Shown here piece by piece: positions 9,517 to 17,658 of a stretch of DNA of 64,000 nucleotides. How positions within the stretch are numbered: position 1 is the stretch's first letter; each line of letters starts with the position of its first letter. The notes beneath the pieces were generated by a model. It was not told where the DNA came from and searched no databases. It saw only the letters and a program-made list of their open reading frames with translations. A program made the translations under genes and the position numbers. Origin of the DNA: a virus (taxonomy: Duplodnaviria; Caudoviricetes); the IMG/VR virus record IMGVR_UViG_3300037722_000240, positions 1-64,000 of that record; one strand, given 5' to 3'.

Positions 9517-10244
9517 CTGATAAAGAATTAATAAACGAACTAAAGAAAATACATCAACGCACTATCAAAGATAGATTTGAAAGATATGATACTTTCTTTA
9601 ATTTCTTTATTGGAAAAGAACATATAAAAGATTATTGTTTTGCATCCCTTTTTAGAATATTGAGGGAAAGACATCTATCACAACTTTATGCTACAAGAAT
9701 GCTATTGTATTTTAATAGAAATGAAACGATATTTGATTATAATACAATTTTTAATGAATTAAACATTGTTTTTGGTGGAATGTTTACAATAACACGGTAC
9801 TATAGCGGTTCAAGAACACAAAGAATTATTGATATTAAATCCGATGAAAAAGCTCATAATATACTAAGGTGGATGGGGCTTTATTTGATGGCAAGTATTA
9901 TTAGAACTATGGACATGAAATTTTATAGCCAATGGCGGGAGGCTATTAATGATAAAAGAATTACTCGCATAGAAAATCTTAGACAATTACTTGCAGTAGG
10001 TCATAATAAAATTTCATGGATTAAGTCACTTTGCGTAAACAATATTATGAGTAACTCTCCTCAAGACAGTGATTATTACGATACTTTTCTATCAAATATG
10101 CAATCAATATTTGGTGTTGATGGTATTTATTCCACAGTAACTAACCGCGATTGTTCAACGGCTCAAAGTAGTTTTAGAGGGTGGTATCAACAAAGAATTA
10201 CTAATTATCTTTTTGAACTATTAGATAGAAAACAGCATGAATAA
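9513..10244 (+). CDS. hypothetical protein, paralogue of 8083-8868
   Basis: Coupled start; YCFASL and LMASIIRTMD motifs. Confidence 0.75.
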   Translation: MTDKELINELKKIHQRTIKDRFERYDTFFNFFIGKEHIKDYCFASLFRILRERHLSQLYATRMLLYFNRNETIFDYNTIFNELNIVFGGMFTITRYYSGSRTQRIIDIKSDEKAHNILRWMGLYLMASIIRTMDMKFYSQWREAINDKRITRIENLRQLLAVGHNKISWIKSLCVNNIMSNSPQDSDYYDTFLSNMQSIFGVDGIYSTVTNRDCSTAQSSFRGWYQQRITNYLFELLDRKQHE

Positions 10245-10404
10245 GCTATTAAATTTTATTATCAAATTATTATTCAATATTGATAATAATTCAAATAATA
10301 TTGAATTAGCAGTAGAAGATATTGACTTTAATCCTAAAGAAGATGAACAAGATTTGGTGGAGTTTCTATTAGAGGACCAGCACCACGGAGTATTAGGTGG
10401 GTAG
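10237..10404 (+). CDS. small acidic hypothetical protein (55 aa, not in ORF track)
   Basis: ATG 10237 overlapping upstream gene end; open to TAG 10402-10404 (MNKLLNFIIK...HGVLGG). Confidence 0.5.
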   Translation: MNKLLNFIIKLLFNIDNNSNNIELAVEDIDFNPKEDEQDLVEFLLEDQHHGVLGG

Positions 10405-10455
10405 TGGGTGCTGGTCCAGAATTCGGTTTAGTATGAGAACCAAAAGGAGAGTCTG

Positions 10456-10698
10456 ATGTACCAAGTGAACGTAGCCTTTAGAGGATACATATGTAGATAT
10501 TTTATTAACACCAGTGATAGAGCATATGCACTAAAAATAACTACGGCTTGTTTTAGACAAGATTTTCCTGGTAAAAATATTTCTTCTATCGTAGCTACTT
10601 ATATTGGAGATTTTATTGCTATTCTTACACAAGAGGGCGCTGTAGAATATACTAGAACTATTCCTCAATTAAAGCTAGAGGAGGGTTTACCTAAATGA
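10456..10698 (+). CDS. hypothetical protein
   Basis: AAGGAG RBS; coupled to next ORF. Confidence 0.7.
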   Translation: MYQVNVAFRGYICRYFINTSDRAYALKITTACFRQDFPGKNISSIVATYIGDFIAILTQEGAVEYTRTIPQLKLEEGLPK

Positions 10699-10928
10699 CA
10701 GAAGAAATGTTAGTAATATTACCCTGCCCTAAGTGTATGAAATTAGAAAAAACAAATATCATAGAATTAGCTAATGAAGAGGCTATAGTAAGAAATATGG
10801 GTATTCCTTTACAAGAAGGAATATTAACTATTAGTTTTGTTTGTAGTAATTGTGATACCACTGTTTATGCAGAAATCAAAACCGCTGAATATATGCAACA
10901 ACAGTTGAATGAATTTGGGGAAATTTAG
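10695..10928 (+). CDS. hypothetical Zn-ribbon protein
   Basis: CPKC...CSNC; ATGA overlap. Confidence 0.7.
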   Translation: MTEEMLVILPCPKCMKLEKTNIIELANEEAIVRNMGIPLQEGILTISFVCSNCDTTVYAEIKTAEYMQQQLNEFGEI

Positions 10929-10995
10929 TGCCTCTAAATACTATAAGAGACATTATTTGCTTTGGTCTATTTGCAGTTTGTATACATTTGTTTAG

Positions 10996-11223
10996 ATGGT
11001 GTATAAAAGAAATGAGGAGAAACTGATGAAACTAAGTATAGCAAAGCAGTTACAAACAGAATTAGGTAATTTAGATGTAATAATTTCAGATAGAGCTATA
11101 AAAATTACAACATTGCAGGCCGAGCAGAAGATTCTATTAGATAATCGAGAAAGAGTAAAGATTGCTTTAGATAAAGTCAGCGATTATAGAGACTATACTA
11201 ATGATAAAGTTTGCTTACTATGA
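10996..11223 (+). CDS. hypothetical coiled-coil protein
   Basis: GAGGAG RBS points to an internal ATG (MKLSIAKQ...); heptad-like pattern. Confidence 0.6.
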   Translation: MVYKRNEEKLMKLSIAKQLQTELGNLDVIISDRAIKITTLQAEQKILLDNRERVKIALDKVSDYRDYTNDKVCLL

Positions 11224-11234
11224 TACGAATATCC

Positions 11235-11283
11235 TAATTTTTATATGGAGGCTGTTACTCAGAAATACTAACAAACTTTGTTT
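11235..11283 (+). promoter_or_regulatory. TAATT-N14-GTTAC-N18-TTTGTTT motif, copy 2
   Basis: TAATT 11235, GTTAC 11254, TTTGTTT 11277, intergenic. Confidence 0.65.
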
Positions 11284-11420
11284 ACAACATATTTCGGTGC
11301 CCGAAATGTAGACATAACTGTAAATTTTTCACGGTTTCATTATAAAATTCAATAAAATACAGGGGTAGGACATGCAAATATCTACAAAAACAAATTTCTT
11401 ATCGAAGGGAGGTTAGTTGA

Positions 11421-11780
11421 GTGATATATCCAAAAGAAACAAAAAGTTTGTTTGTAGCAATATTTTATGATGATTCTCCCTTAGTAATTCCTATCATAGC
11501 TGAGAATATTATTCAAGCGGAAGAACTAATGCAACAGAAGTACAAAGAATCTATAAATTATACAGATGAACATGAAATAAAAGGTCCTTACAAAATACCC
11601 GCACTCGGGCCTTTATTTATAGTGGATACCCTAAATATGGAGGTACTTAATTCAGAAGAAGAGTATCTACATTTTATAGGAGATTCTGGTAATAATGAAT
11701 GTTTTAATTGTGATAATGTTCCTCCCGGTATTAATATTCCAGGAGAAATACAGGATATAAATGAGGAGATTATACTATGA
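11421..11780 (+). CDS. hypothetical protein
   Basis: GGGAGGT RBS, GTG start, coupled to next ORF. Confidence 0.7.
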   Translation: MIYPKETKSLFVAIFYDDSPLVIPIIAENIIQAEELMQQKYKESINYTDEHEIKGPYKIPALGPLFIVDTLNMEVLNSEEEYLHFIGDSGNNECFNCDNVPPGINIPGEIQDINEEIIL

Positions 11781-11998
11781 TATTATACATTTTCTCTTTG
11801 GTTTGCAAACTAAATTACATAATACTTTCTACTACAAGTATGAGAACTACTATTGATTCAGAATTTTACATAAGTGCTTTATGTACCGAATTAGAAGGTT
11901 GCAAAAAATATGGTATAAATACAGCTTTGGATGGATTAGCCACTTTAATTTCACAAGCAGAAGAATTTATTGAAGATAAGTTATCAAGCGAGTTTTAA
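11777..11998 (+). CDS. hypothetical protein
   Basis: GAGGAG RBS, ATGA overlap. Confidence 0.6.
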   Translation: MILYIFSLVCKLNYIILSTTSMRTTIDSEFYISALCTELEGCKKYGINTALDGLATLISQAEEFIEDKLSSEF

Positions 11999-12233
11999 CA
12001 TGGAACATAAAAAAATACTAAACAGGCTATTAGTAGTTCTTACTAAGCTTTCTAGTATTACTTTGAATACAAAAGCATTTAATATAGCCGAAAGAGATAT
12101 GGCGGGAACTTTTATACTAAACTTAAAACATTGTTCATCTCTTCAAAAATATTCAATATCAAAAACAACCATTATTAATGCTATAGATGAGGCAGAATCT
12201 TTTGTTAATAAACTGCTAAGGGTGGAGGTATAA
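11970..12233 (+). CDS. hypothetical protein (likely start ATG 12000)
   Basis: Fills the gap in the operon; C-terminus resembles that of 11777-11998 (A...I..AE.F). Confidence 0.6.
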   Translation: MKISYQASFNMEHKKILNRLLVVLTKLSSITLNTKAFNIAERDMAGTFILNLKHCSSLQKYSISKTTIINAIDEAESFVNKLLRVEV

Positions 12234-12455
12234 ATGTCTGATAAAGAAGTTAAATGGAAGTTTTCAACAACTTATGATACAGTAAATTCAAGTGTTACTT
12301 ATAGTCGAATTGAAGAATGGAGTAAGGCAATGAAAGAGAAATATAACGATAAAATTCTTTGTAACAATTGTGGTAATGTAATTTCAAAAGAAGTCCAAGA
12401 AGAGTTTGAAGGATATTGTTGTATTGACTGTAAGTATGCAGAATATATATTATGA
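12234..12455 (+). CDS. hypothetical Cys-rich protein
   Basis: GGAGGT RBS; CNNC...CCIDC. Confidence 0.7.
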   Translation: MSDKEVKWKFSTTYDTVNSSVTYSRIEEWSKAMKEKYNDKILCNNCGNVISKEVQEEFEGYCCIDCKYAEYIL

Positions 12456-12838
12456 ATATTCCCAATTTTATACTTCAATTATTTGACTATAGGATTAAAA
12501 ATCAGGCCACTACAATTACTTATTATCAACATAAGGTAGCAAAAATGACTACACTGCTAGAAGATGAAAGATGGAAAACAAATACTTTAGCACAAATTCT
12601 TAAAGTTGGTGTAAAAAATTATGTAGACGTAACAAAGGAGACATTAAACATGACGAATAATAGTCCCCAAGTTAAGCAAGAAATTGAACGAATTGAAAAT
12701 GCTTTTATTAGCGGTAATATTTCCTCAAAAGATGCAGAAAATAAATTGACAAAAAATGTGGGAATGACACCACTTGTTGCAAAAAGATTTATTCAACGAT
12801 GGGCAGAATCTACTGGAAGAAAGAGTAGTACAGAATGA
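12452..12838 (+). CDS. hypothetical protein
   Basis: Coupled ORF, 128 aa. Confidence 0.7.
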   Translation: MNIPNFILQLFDYRIKNQATTITYYQHKVAKMTTLLEDERWKTNTLAQILKVGVKNYVDVTKETLNMTNNSPQVKQEIERIENAFISGNISSKDAENKLTKNVGMTPLVAKRFIQRWAESTGRKSSTE

Positions 12839-13281
12839 GCGGCAATCTCCCTACTTGGTTATTTTATGAATATAGTAAAAATCGTCTTGAAGAACATTTT
12901 AAACACATAACCCCTGAGATAACTTCTGTATTATTTTCTATTCCACGTACAACTCATATAAACGATTCAGTAATTATTAATTTTAATAAACATGGAAAGT
13001 TTATTTTGCACCCAGATATGTCTAATTGTGGTTTAATGCATTGTCACAATTTTGAATTCTTTAATAGTACACCATACCCTATATTTGATTCTATATTTAG
13101 GTCTTTTCTATCAGCATTTGGTAAATCCGCTGTTATGTATACTACTAGTAAAAGACAAGTTAATCATATGAAATATTTTGAAAAGAGTCTGTTCTGGTAT
13201 TGTTGTGATGTTGTTTGGAGAAATAGAAGTAGTGGTAATAATATTTATACTTGGATATTTACTAAGAATAAGGTGGGTTAA
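12835..13281 (+). CDS. hypothetical protein, paralogue of 13282-13773
   Basis: LP.W, NCG, Y.T...Q.....YF..S.FW and N..S.N.I..W motifs shared with next ORF. Confidence 0.75.
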   Translation: MSGNLPTWLFYEYSKNRLEEHFKHITPEITSVLFSIPRTTHINDSVIINFNKHGKFILHPDMSNCGLMHCHNFEFFNSTPYPIFDSIFRSFLSAFGKSAVMYTTSKRQVNHMKYFEKSLFWYCCDVVWRNRSSGNNIYTWIFTKNKVG

Positions 13282-13773
13282 ATGAATATCAAAACAGAAC
13301 TTCCAGAGTGGTTTTGTGACCATTTTTATTATGATACTCTTGTAGAATTCTCGGAACAAATAAATGAATATATTGATAAGAATTATAAAGGTAAAGCATC
13401 TGTTGATACAGGCTATACAGAAGATTATCTTCAATTTTATATTAGTCTAGAAGAGGATAAAGGTTTCTTTATGGAATTTACAATAGGAGATTTTCCATTG
13501 AATTGTGGTATATTTATTGTAGCAGGGCTTAATTTTCATGTGGACAATATAATATTCAAAAAAGAAACCGATGTCTTTGGGTTCTTTACAAATCTGCTTA
13601 ACTTTATAGCTACAGAAAATAGATTTGGTGCCTTTCTATACAGTACAGCAGATTATCAAGATAAATTGGAACATTATTTTTCTGCAAGCCCGTTTTGGAA
13701 GAAACACCCTACAGTATTTACAAATTTAAGAAGTCAAAACAAAATTTCTTTATGGCTTCATCGAGTTAGATAA
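13282..13773 (+). CDS. hypothetical protein, paralogue of 12835-13281
   Basis: Same shared motifs; starts immediately after upstream stop. Confidence 0.75.
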   Translation: MNIKTELPEWFCDHFYYDTLVEFSEQINEYIDKNYKGKASVDTGYTEDYLQFYISLEEDKGFFMEFTIGDFPLNCGIFIVAGLNFHVDNIIFKKETDVFGFFTNLLNFIATENRFGAFLYSTADYQDKLEHYFSASPFWKKHPTVFTNLRSQNKISLWLHRVR

Positions 13774-13787
13774 AAAGAGGCTATAAA

Positions 13788-14033
13788 ATGTATTTTGTAG
13801 TAAAAGAAAAAATGACCGAAAAACCTATTCTTTTTATTCTTACACCCTCTTTAGTAAAGGCAAAGTCACTTATGGCAGAATGGGCAGTAAATAATGACCA
13901 TGTAAATAGTGATGGAGAATTGGTCCATTTTTATGATACTCATTATATTGTTGAAATTAATTATCAACTATTTGATGAATACGTTAGCCCCAAGTGGGAA
14001 GTAATATTTCAAGAAGTAGGAGAAACTAAATGA
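13788..14033 (+). CDS. hypothetical protein (N-terminus shared with 14427-14684)
   Basis: MYFVVKEKMTEKPILFI; GAGG RBS. Confidence 0.7.
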   Translation: MYFVVKEKMTEKPILFILTPSLVKAKSLMAEWAVNNDHVNSDGELVHFYDTHYIVEINYQLFDEYVSPKWEVIFQEVGETK

Positions 14034-14425
14034 TTACTCTACAAGAACTAGCCGATAAATATCTCTATCTAAAAAGAGAAAGAGGAAAAGAAGTAAATGA
14101 ACTACAAAAATTTCTACAAACACATAGATACCTTTTTTCTACAAATCGCACCACAGATGCTCATGAATTTACTTATACTGAGAGAATTGTTGAGGGAATA
14201 AGTGTTGATATTTATTGGAGTCCTAGAAGCGGGGTTATTAACATTGTTACAGGAACTCTTTATTCTGAGTTTGGGCACTATATAGTTGAAAGAGATTCTC
14301 CACCAGACCCGGAGAAGATAAAGAAAGCTATTCAACATAAGATTAATAGTATGTCTGATAATTATAAGTTTGATATTAAAAAGATAAGAGATTCGATTTC
14401 TATACTAAAGAAAGCAGGATTATAA
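14030..14425 (+). CDS. hypothetical protein
   Basis: AGGAG RBS; coupled. Confidence 0.7.
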   Translation: MITLQELADKYLYLKRERGKEVNELQKFLQTHRYLFSTNRTTDAHEFTYTERIVEGISVDIYWSPRSGVINIVTGTLYSEFGHYIVERDSPPDPEKIKKAIQHKINSMSDNYKFDIKKIRDSISILKKAGL

Positions 14426-14426
14426 A

Positions 14427-14684
14427 ATGTACTTTGAGGTAAAAGAGATAATGACTGAAAAACCTATTCTTTTTATCTCTGCTTCTTCTAAACGACAAGC
14501 TTTTAAGTTTGCAGATAATTTTCTACTTTATAACGAGCGTCATTGGAAAAACCATCGTATGGTTCAAATTACTAAGAAAAAGTTTGATAAATTTGCTAAT
14601 CGTTCTTATGGTATAATTTATGAAGATTCACCTAAAGCCTACCTTGGTTATTATCTTAATAGACGATATGATGGAGAAAATTAA
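14427..14684 (+). CDS. hypothetical protein (N-terminus shared with 13788-14033)
   Basis: MYFEVKEIMTEKPILFI. Confidence 0.7.
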   Translation: MYFEVKEIMTEKPILFISASSKRQAFKFADNFLLYNERHWKNHRMVQITKKKFDKFANRSYGIIYEDSPKAYLGYYLNRRYDGEN

Positions 14685-14686
14685 TA

Positions 14687-15040
14687 ATGAGTTACGCTAG
14701 AAAAAGTACATCAGATTTATATTTAGTAGGAACTACAGGGCATGGTGGTAACATTATTTATGAATGTATGTCATGTGAATTAATGGATAAAGTACAACAA
14801 GAATCTATATTCCAAGCTGGAATATTTTACGAAATATATCCCACATATATTATGCACAATCATACTGCCATGATGCGTCATTTAAGACATCATATGCTTG
14901 CCGGCCATCAAGTTAATTATGAAACAATAGTTAGAGTATTGAGTGAGTATTATGATAAAGTTTTTCCAAAGGAAAGTAAATACATTTCAGATGAATATTC
15001 CAAGTTATTTGCTCAGTTTGATTATGAACAAGAGGAGTAG
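14687..15040 (+). CDS. hypothetical protein, possible C2H2-type metal site
   Basis: ECMSC...HNH...MRHLRHH; GGAG RBS. Confidence 0.65.
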   Translation: MSYARKSTSDLYLVGTTGHGGNIIYECMSCELMDKVQQESIFQAGIFYEIYPTYIMHNHTAMMRHLRHHMLAGHQVNYETIVRVLSEYYDKVFPKESKYISDEYSKLFAQFDYEQEE

Positions 15041-15048
15041 TACGAGCA

Positions 15049-15246
15049 ATGAAACTGAATAAACTAAAGTTCAGGATGCTATGTCCAAACTGTCATGCTT
15101 ATGTTTATATTCATTCTGTAGGCATTAATATAAATAGTTTACAGAATGGGAATATTGGTATTAGTTATGACTGTCCAACATGTAAATCAACTCTACAAAT
15201 ACAATTACAAAGTAGTGAAATAATACAAAGTAGTGAAATAAAATAA
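15049..15246 (+). CDS. hypothetical Zn-ribbon protein
   Basis: CPNC...CPTC; GAGGAG RBS. Confidence 0.7.
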   Translation: MKLNKLKFRMLCPNCHAYVYIHSVGININSLQNGNIGISYDCPTCKSTLQIQLQSSEIIQSSEIK

Positions 15247-15252
15247 TTATCT

Positions 15253-15301
15253 TAATTTTTATACACAACCTGTTACTCACGATTCAAAACTAATTTTGTT
15301 T
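15253..15301 (+). promoter_or_regulatory. TAATT-N14-GTTAC-N18-TTTGTTT motif, copy 3
   Basis: TAATT 15253, GTTAC 15272, TTTGTTT 15295; AAGGAG RBS and ATG 15329 follow. Confidence 0.65.
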
Positions 15302-15328
15302 CACACAAATAAGGAGAGAAACTAAACT

Positions 15329-15508
15329 ATGATGCCACAACAAGATTACGAGCGAGAATTTAGTAAAATAATAAATATGTCAGTACATACTAATAATCAC
15401 ACTTATATAACATATAAACTTGTTAGATTTGCTGTATCTATTTTAATGCATATACTAAGAGAACGATATAACGATATTTTGAGGAAAACTAACGATGCCA
15501 CAAACTAA
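15329..15508 (+). CDS. small hypothetical protein (59 aa, not in ORF track)
   Basis: AAGGAG RBS, ATG 15329, TAA 15506-15508 (MMPQQDYEREF...DATN). Confidence 0.6.
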   Translation: MMPQQDYEREFSKIINMSVHTNNHTYITYKLVRFAVSILMHILRERYNDILRKTNDATN

Positions 15509-15752
15509 CGATACTACACAATTACTACAATATCAATTATTTCTATGTACAGATTCTTTTATAACTAGACTAGATTATACTACTGCTAAAGAAATGTGGA
15601 AAGTATGTATACGTAATAATTATAATTTTATAGAATGGAAAGAGTTTTATACAGAACAAGACGCAGAAGAATATGCTCAAAGCCATCTCCGTAGATATAC
15701 TCATTGGATTTGTTTTAGTTCAGATACTAAGCAGGAAATATTTAGGTCGTAA
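15495..15752 (+). CDS. hypothetical protein
   Basis: GAGG RBS; overlaps upstream ORF end. Confidence 0.6.
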   Translation: MPQTNDTTQLLQYQLFLCTDSFITRLDYTTAKEMWKVCIRNNYNFIEWKEFYTEQDAEEYAQSHLRRYTHWICFSSDTKQEIFRS

Positions 15753-15769
15753 TATGAGTTCATTAATTC

Positions 15770-15818
15770 TAATTTATATAGCGTCGCGGTTACTTGAAAA
15801 CACTAACTTACTTTGTTT
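15770..15818 (+). promoter_or_regulatory. TAATT-N14-GTTAC-N18-TTTGTTT motif, copy 4
   Basis: TAATT 15770, GTTAC 15789, TTTGTTT 15812; lies just after the stop at 15752. Confidence 0.65.
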
Positions 15819-15902
15819 TACTGAAAGATTCATAAAAAAAAACAAACACCGGCATAAAGTATTGTCGGTGTATTTTTTTGTCCAGGAATCTGGTACAGTG
15901 GT

Positions 15903-16139
15903 ATGGTGGTACCTAAGGGGATTGTATTAGGAGAACCAAGGGGCGGTTATGGTACAGGTACTCTTTTAGTGCGAGAACCGGGTATCCGTATATTGGCCCA
16001 CCGGACACCAGGAATATTAATCCCCGGTTCAAATAAGATTTACGTTATAAAACATAGATTTATCTATACAATTGGATACTTGACCTGGTCCACATACCTG
16101 GCGTATAATCAAGCTGAGGCAGGCCCGCGTCAATTTTGA
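15903..16139 (+). CDS. possible hypothetical protein
   Basis: 78-aa ORF, weak RBS, Gly/Pro-rich. Confidence 0.35.
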   Translation: MVVPKGIVLGEPRGGYGTGTLLVREPGIRILAHRTPGILIPGSNKIYVIKHRFIYTIGYLTWSTYLAYNQAEAGPRQF

Positions 16140-16208
16140 CTGGTACGTGGGCGTGCTTTTTGTTTACAGGATGCGGTTGGTGCCGTTCAATAGCCAAGGA
16201 GAATCCAT

Positions 16209-16649
16209 ATGGCAAAGAATAGAAAGGCCCAAGCCGCAGGTACTGACGAGGCCGCTGACGCCCCAGTTAGTGCCGCTGGTTCCATCATGCAACAGATAAT
16301 TGATGGAACCGTAAGTCAACTGGTGTTTATCATCAACCCTGCACCGTTTATCCGTGAGGACTCGGTGGAAGAGGGTGAAATGCACCGTGGTAATACTCCG
16401 TGGTTGATTCACTTGCCTGCACTTGGAGTTACGGTACAGGCATTGAACCACAACGGAGAACCCAAGGTCGGATATTATGACTATCGGGAGGCGATGGACC
16501 ACGCTCGCCAGATTTGGAACCGATGTGTCGAGGACCCGTCAATTATTGAGGGTCTCCGTACCGAGTCAGCAAGTTATTGGCCTGGAACCGTTCATTCAGA
16601 CGGTAAGATTATGTTCAGGTACATCGACGTTCAGCCTCTCAATTTGTAG
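16209..16649 (+). CDS. hypothetical protein
   Basis: AAGGAG RBS, protein-like composition, GC-richer codons. Confidence 0.8.
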   Translation: MAKNRKAQAAGTDEAADAPVSAAGSIMQQIIDGTVSQLVFIINPAPFIREDSVEEGEMHRGNTPWLIHLPALGVTVQALNHNGEPKVGYYDYREAMDHARQIWNRCVEDPSIIEGLRTESASYWPGTVHSDGKIMFRYIDVQPLNL

Positions 16650-16720
16650 TCTGAACGTCTAGTATGTACCGCATCCTGTAAACTCCTCTTTCGCTTGGGT
16701 TCAGAAAAAGGAGAAATCAC

Positions 16721-16906
16721 ATGAACCCCAATTTAGAATACCGAACCAGATTTATGATTCAAGGCGATTACTACGAAGAATTACCCAGGAGGCGGTCCCA
16801 ATTCAAGGTAATTGGTTCACATCAAACCGATGTGCCTATTGAAAAGAAAGCGGAATGTACCGATAATCCGCATCGAGACGATAGACCACAAACTCGGTTC
16901 AAATAA
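16721..16906 (+). CDS. small hypothetical protein
   Basis: AAAGGAG RBS. Confidence 0.55.
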   Translation: MNPNLEYRTRFMIQGDYYEELPRRRSQFKVIGSHQTDVPIEKKAECTDNPHRDDRPQTRFK

Positions 16907-16921
16907 AGGAAAAGTGTACCA

Positions 16922-17425
16922 ATGGCAAAGAAAGCTACAAATGGTAAAGTAACTGCACCAATTCTTCCTCAGCCGCGTACAATATCACAATCGCCGCTGT
17001 ATACCCTTGTACCAACAATTAGGGACCAGTTTCGGCGAGTTGAACTTCGAGATGCGAATGGTGCGGTCAAGGCTATCTTGATTGACCAGGACCAGAAGAA
17101 GGAACAAAATGTTGGTGAAGCGAATCTGAACTTCCTTTGTGGTTTAATTCTAGGCGCTACTGGCGGTCGAGGGGACAAACCCGATGGTGCATGTATTTGG
17201 GTTGCTGGTAACGCTACCCAAATGAAGAATTTGAACGATTACATTCTGTACATGGAACCACGAACGCGTGGAACCATTTTGGAAGCGCCGGTATCGAGGT
17301 TTCTGAGTATCGTTTCGGCCCGTGCCGCCGTCTTGGGACCATCATTGGAGAAGTACCCTCCAACGGTTAAGGTGCGTGATGTAAGTATTGGTGCGGAAGA
17401 AGAGGAGGTCGAAGTCGTTTTATAA
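16922..17425 (+). CDS. hypothetical protein
   Basis: AAAGGA RBS; acidic C-terminus. Confidence 0.8.
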   Translation: MAKKATNGKVTAPILPQPRTISQSPLYTLVPTIRDQFRRVELRDANGAVKAILIDQDQKKEQNVGEANLNFLCGLILGATGGRGDKPDGACIWVAGNATQMKNLNDYILYMEPRTRGTILEAPVSRFLSIVSARAAVLGPSLEKYPPTVKVRDVSIGAEEEEVEVVL

Positions 17426-17450
17426 GCTGTAGCACCCTCACCACAATAAG

Positions 17451-17655
17451 TGAGCGGTACGGAGGTCAACATGACTCTGTACCGCTCATTAGTGGGTTAA
17501 GGAGAGGTTATAAAGATGGTTCGGAAATCAATCGAACATTAGGAGGGCACCTATTGCCCGTCTTTATAACCTATCCTATCTACATTGTACCATAGGAGCT
17601 AATCCCCACACCGGGTAGGATACCCATATTAGTTTAGCCAGGTTACAATGTAGAT
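17451..17655 (+). ncRNA. candidate structured RNA domains upstream of the tRNA
   Basis: Three consecutive long stems: 17451-17488 (17 bp, one bulge), 17505-17572 (13-15 bp closing two inner hairpins), 17578-17655 (12 bp perfect, branched interior). Confidence 0.5.
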
Positions 17656-17658
17656 TCT

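Noticed and set aside
2638-14338. Minus-strand ORFs 2638, 3244, 6019, 8370, 13111 and 14114
   Set aside because: Antisense shadows entirely within well-supported + strand genes
15207-15241. 18-bp tandem duplication (QSSEI twice)
   Set aside because: Small in-frame slippage at a gene end; no functional signal
15673-15930. 85-aa + strand ORF
   Set aside because: Overlaps 15495-15752 in another frame, spans the regulatory motif, and has no RBS
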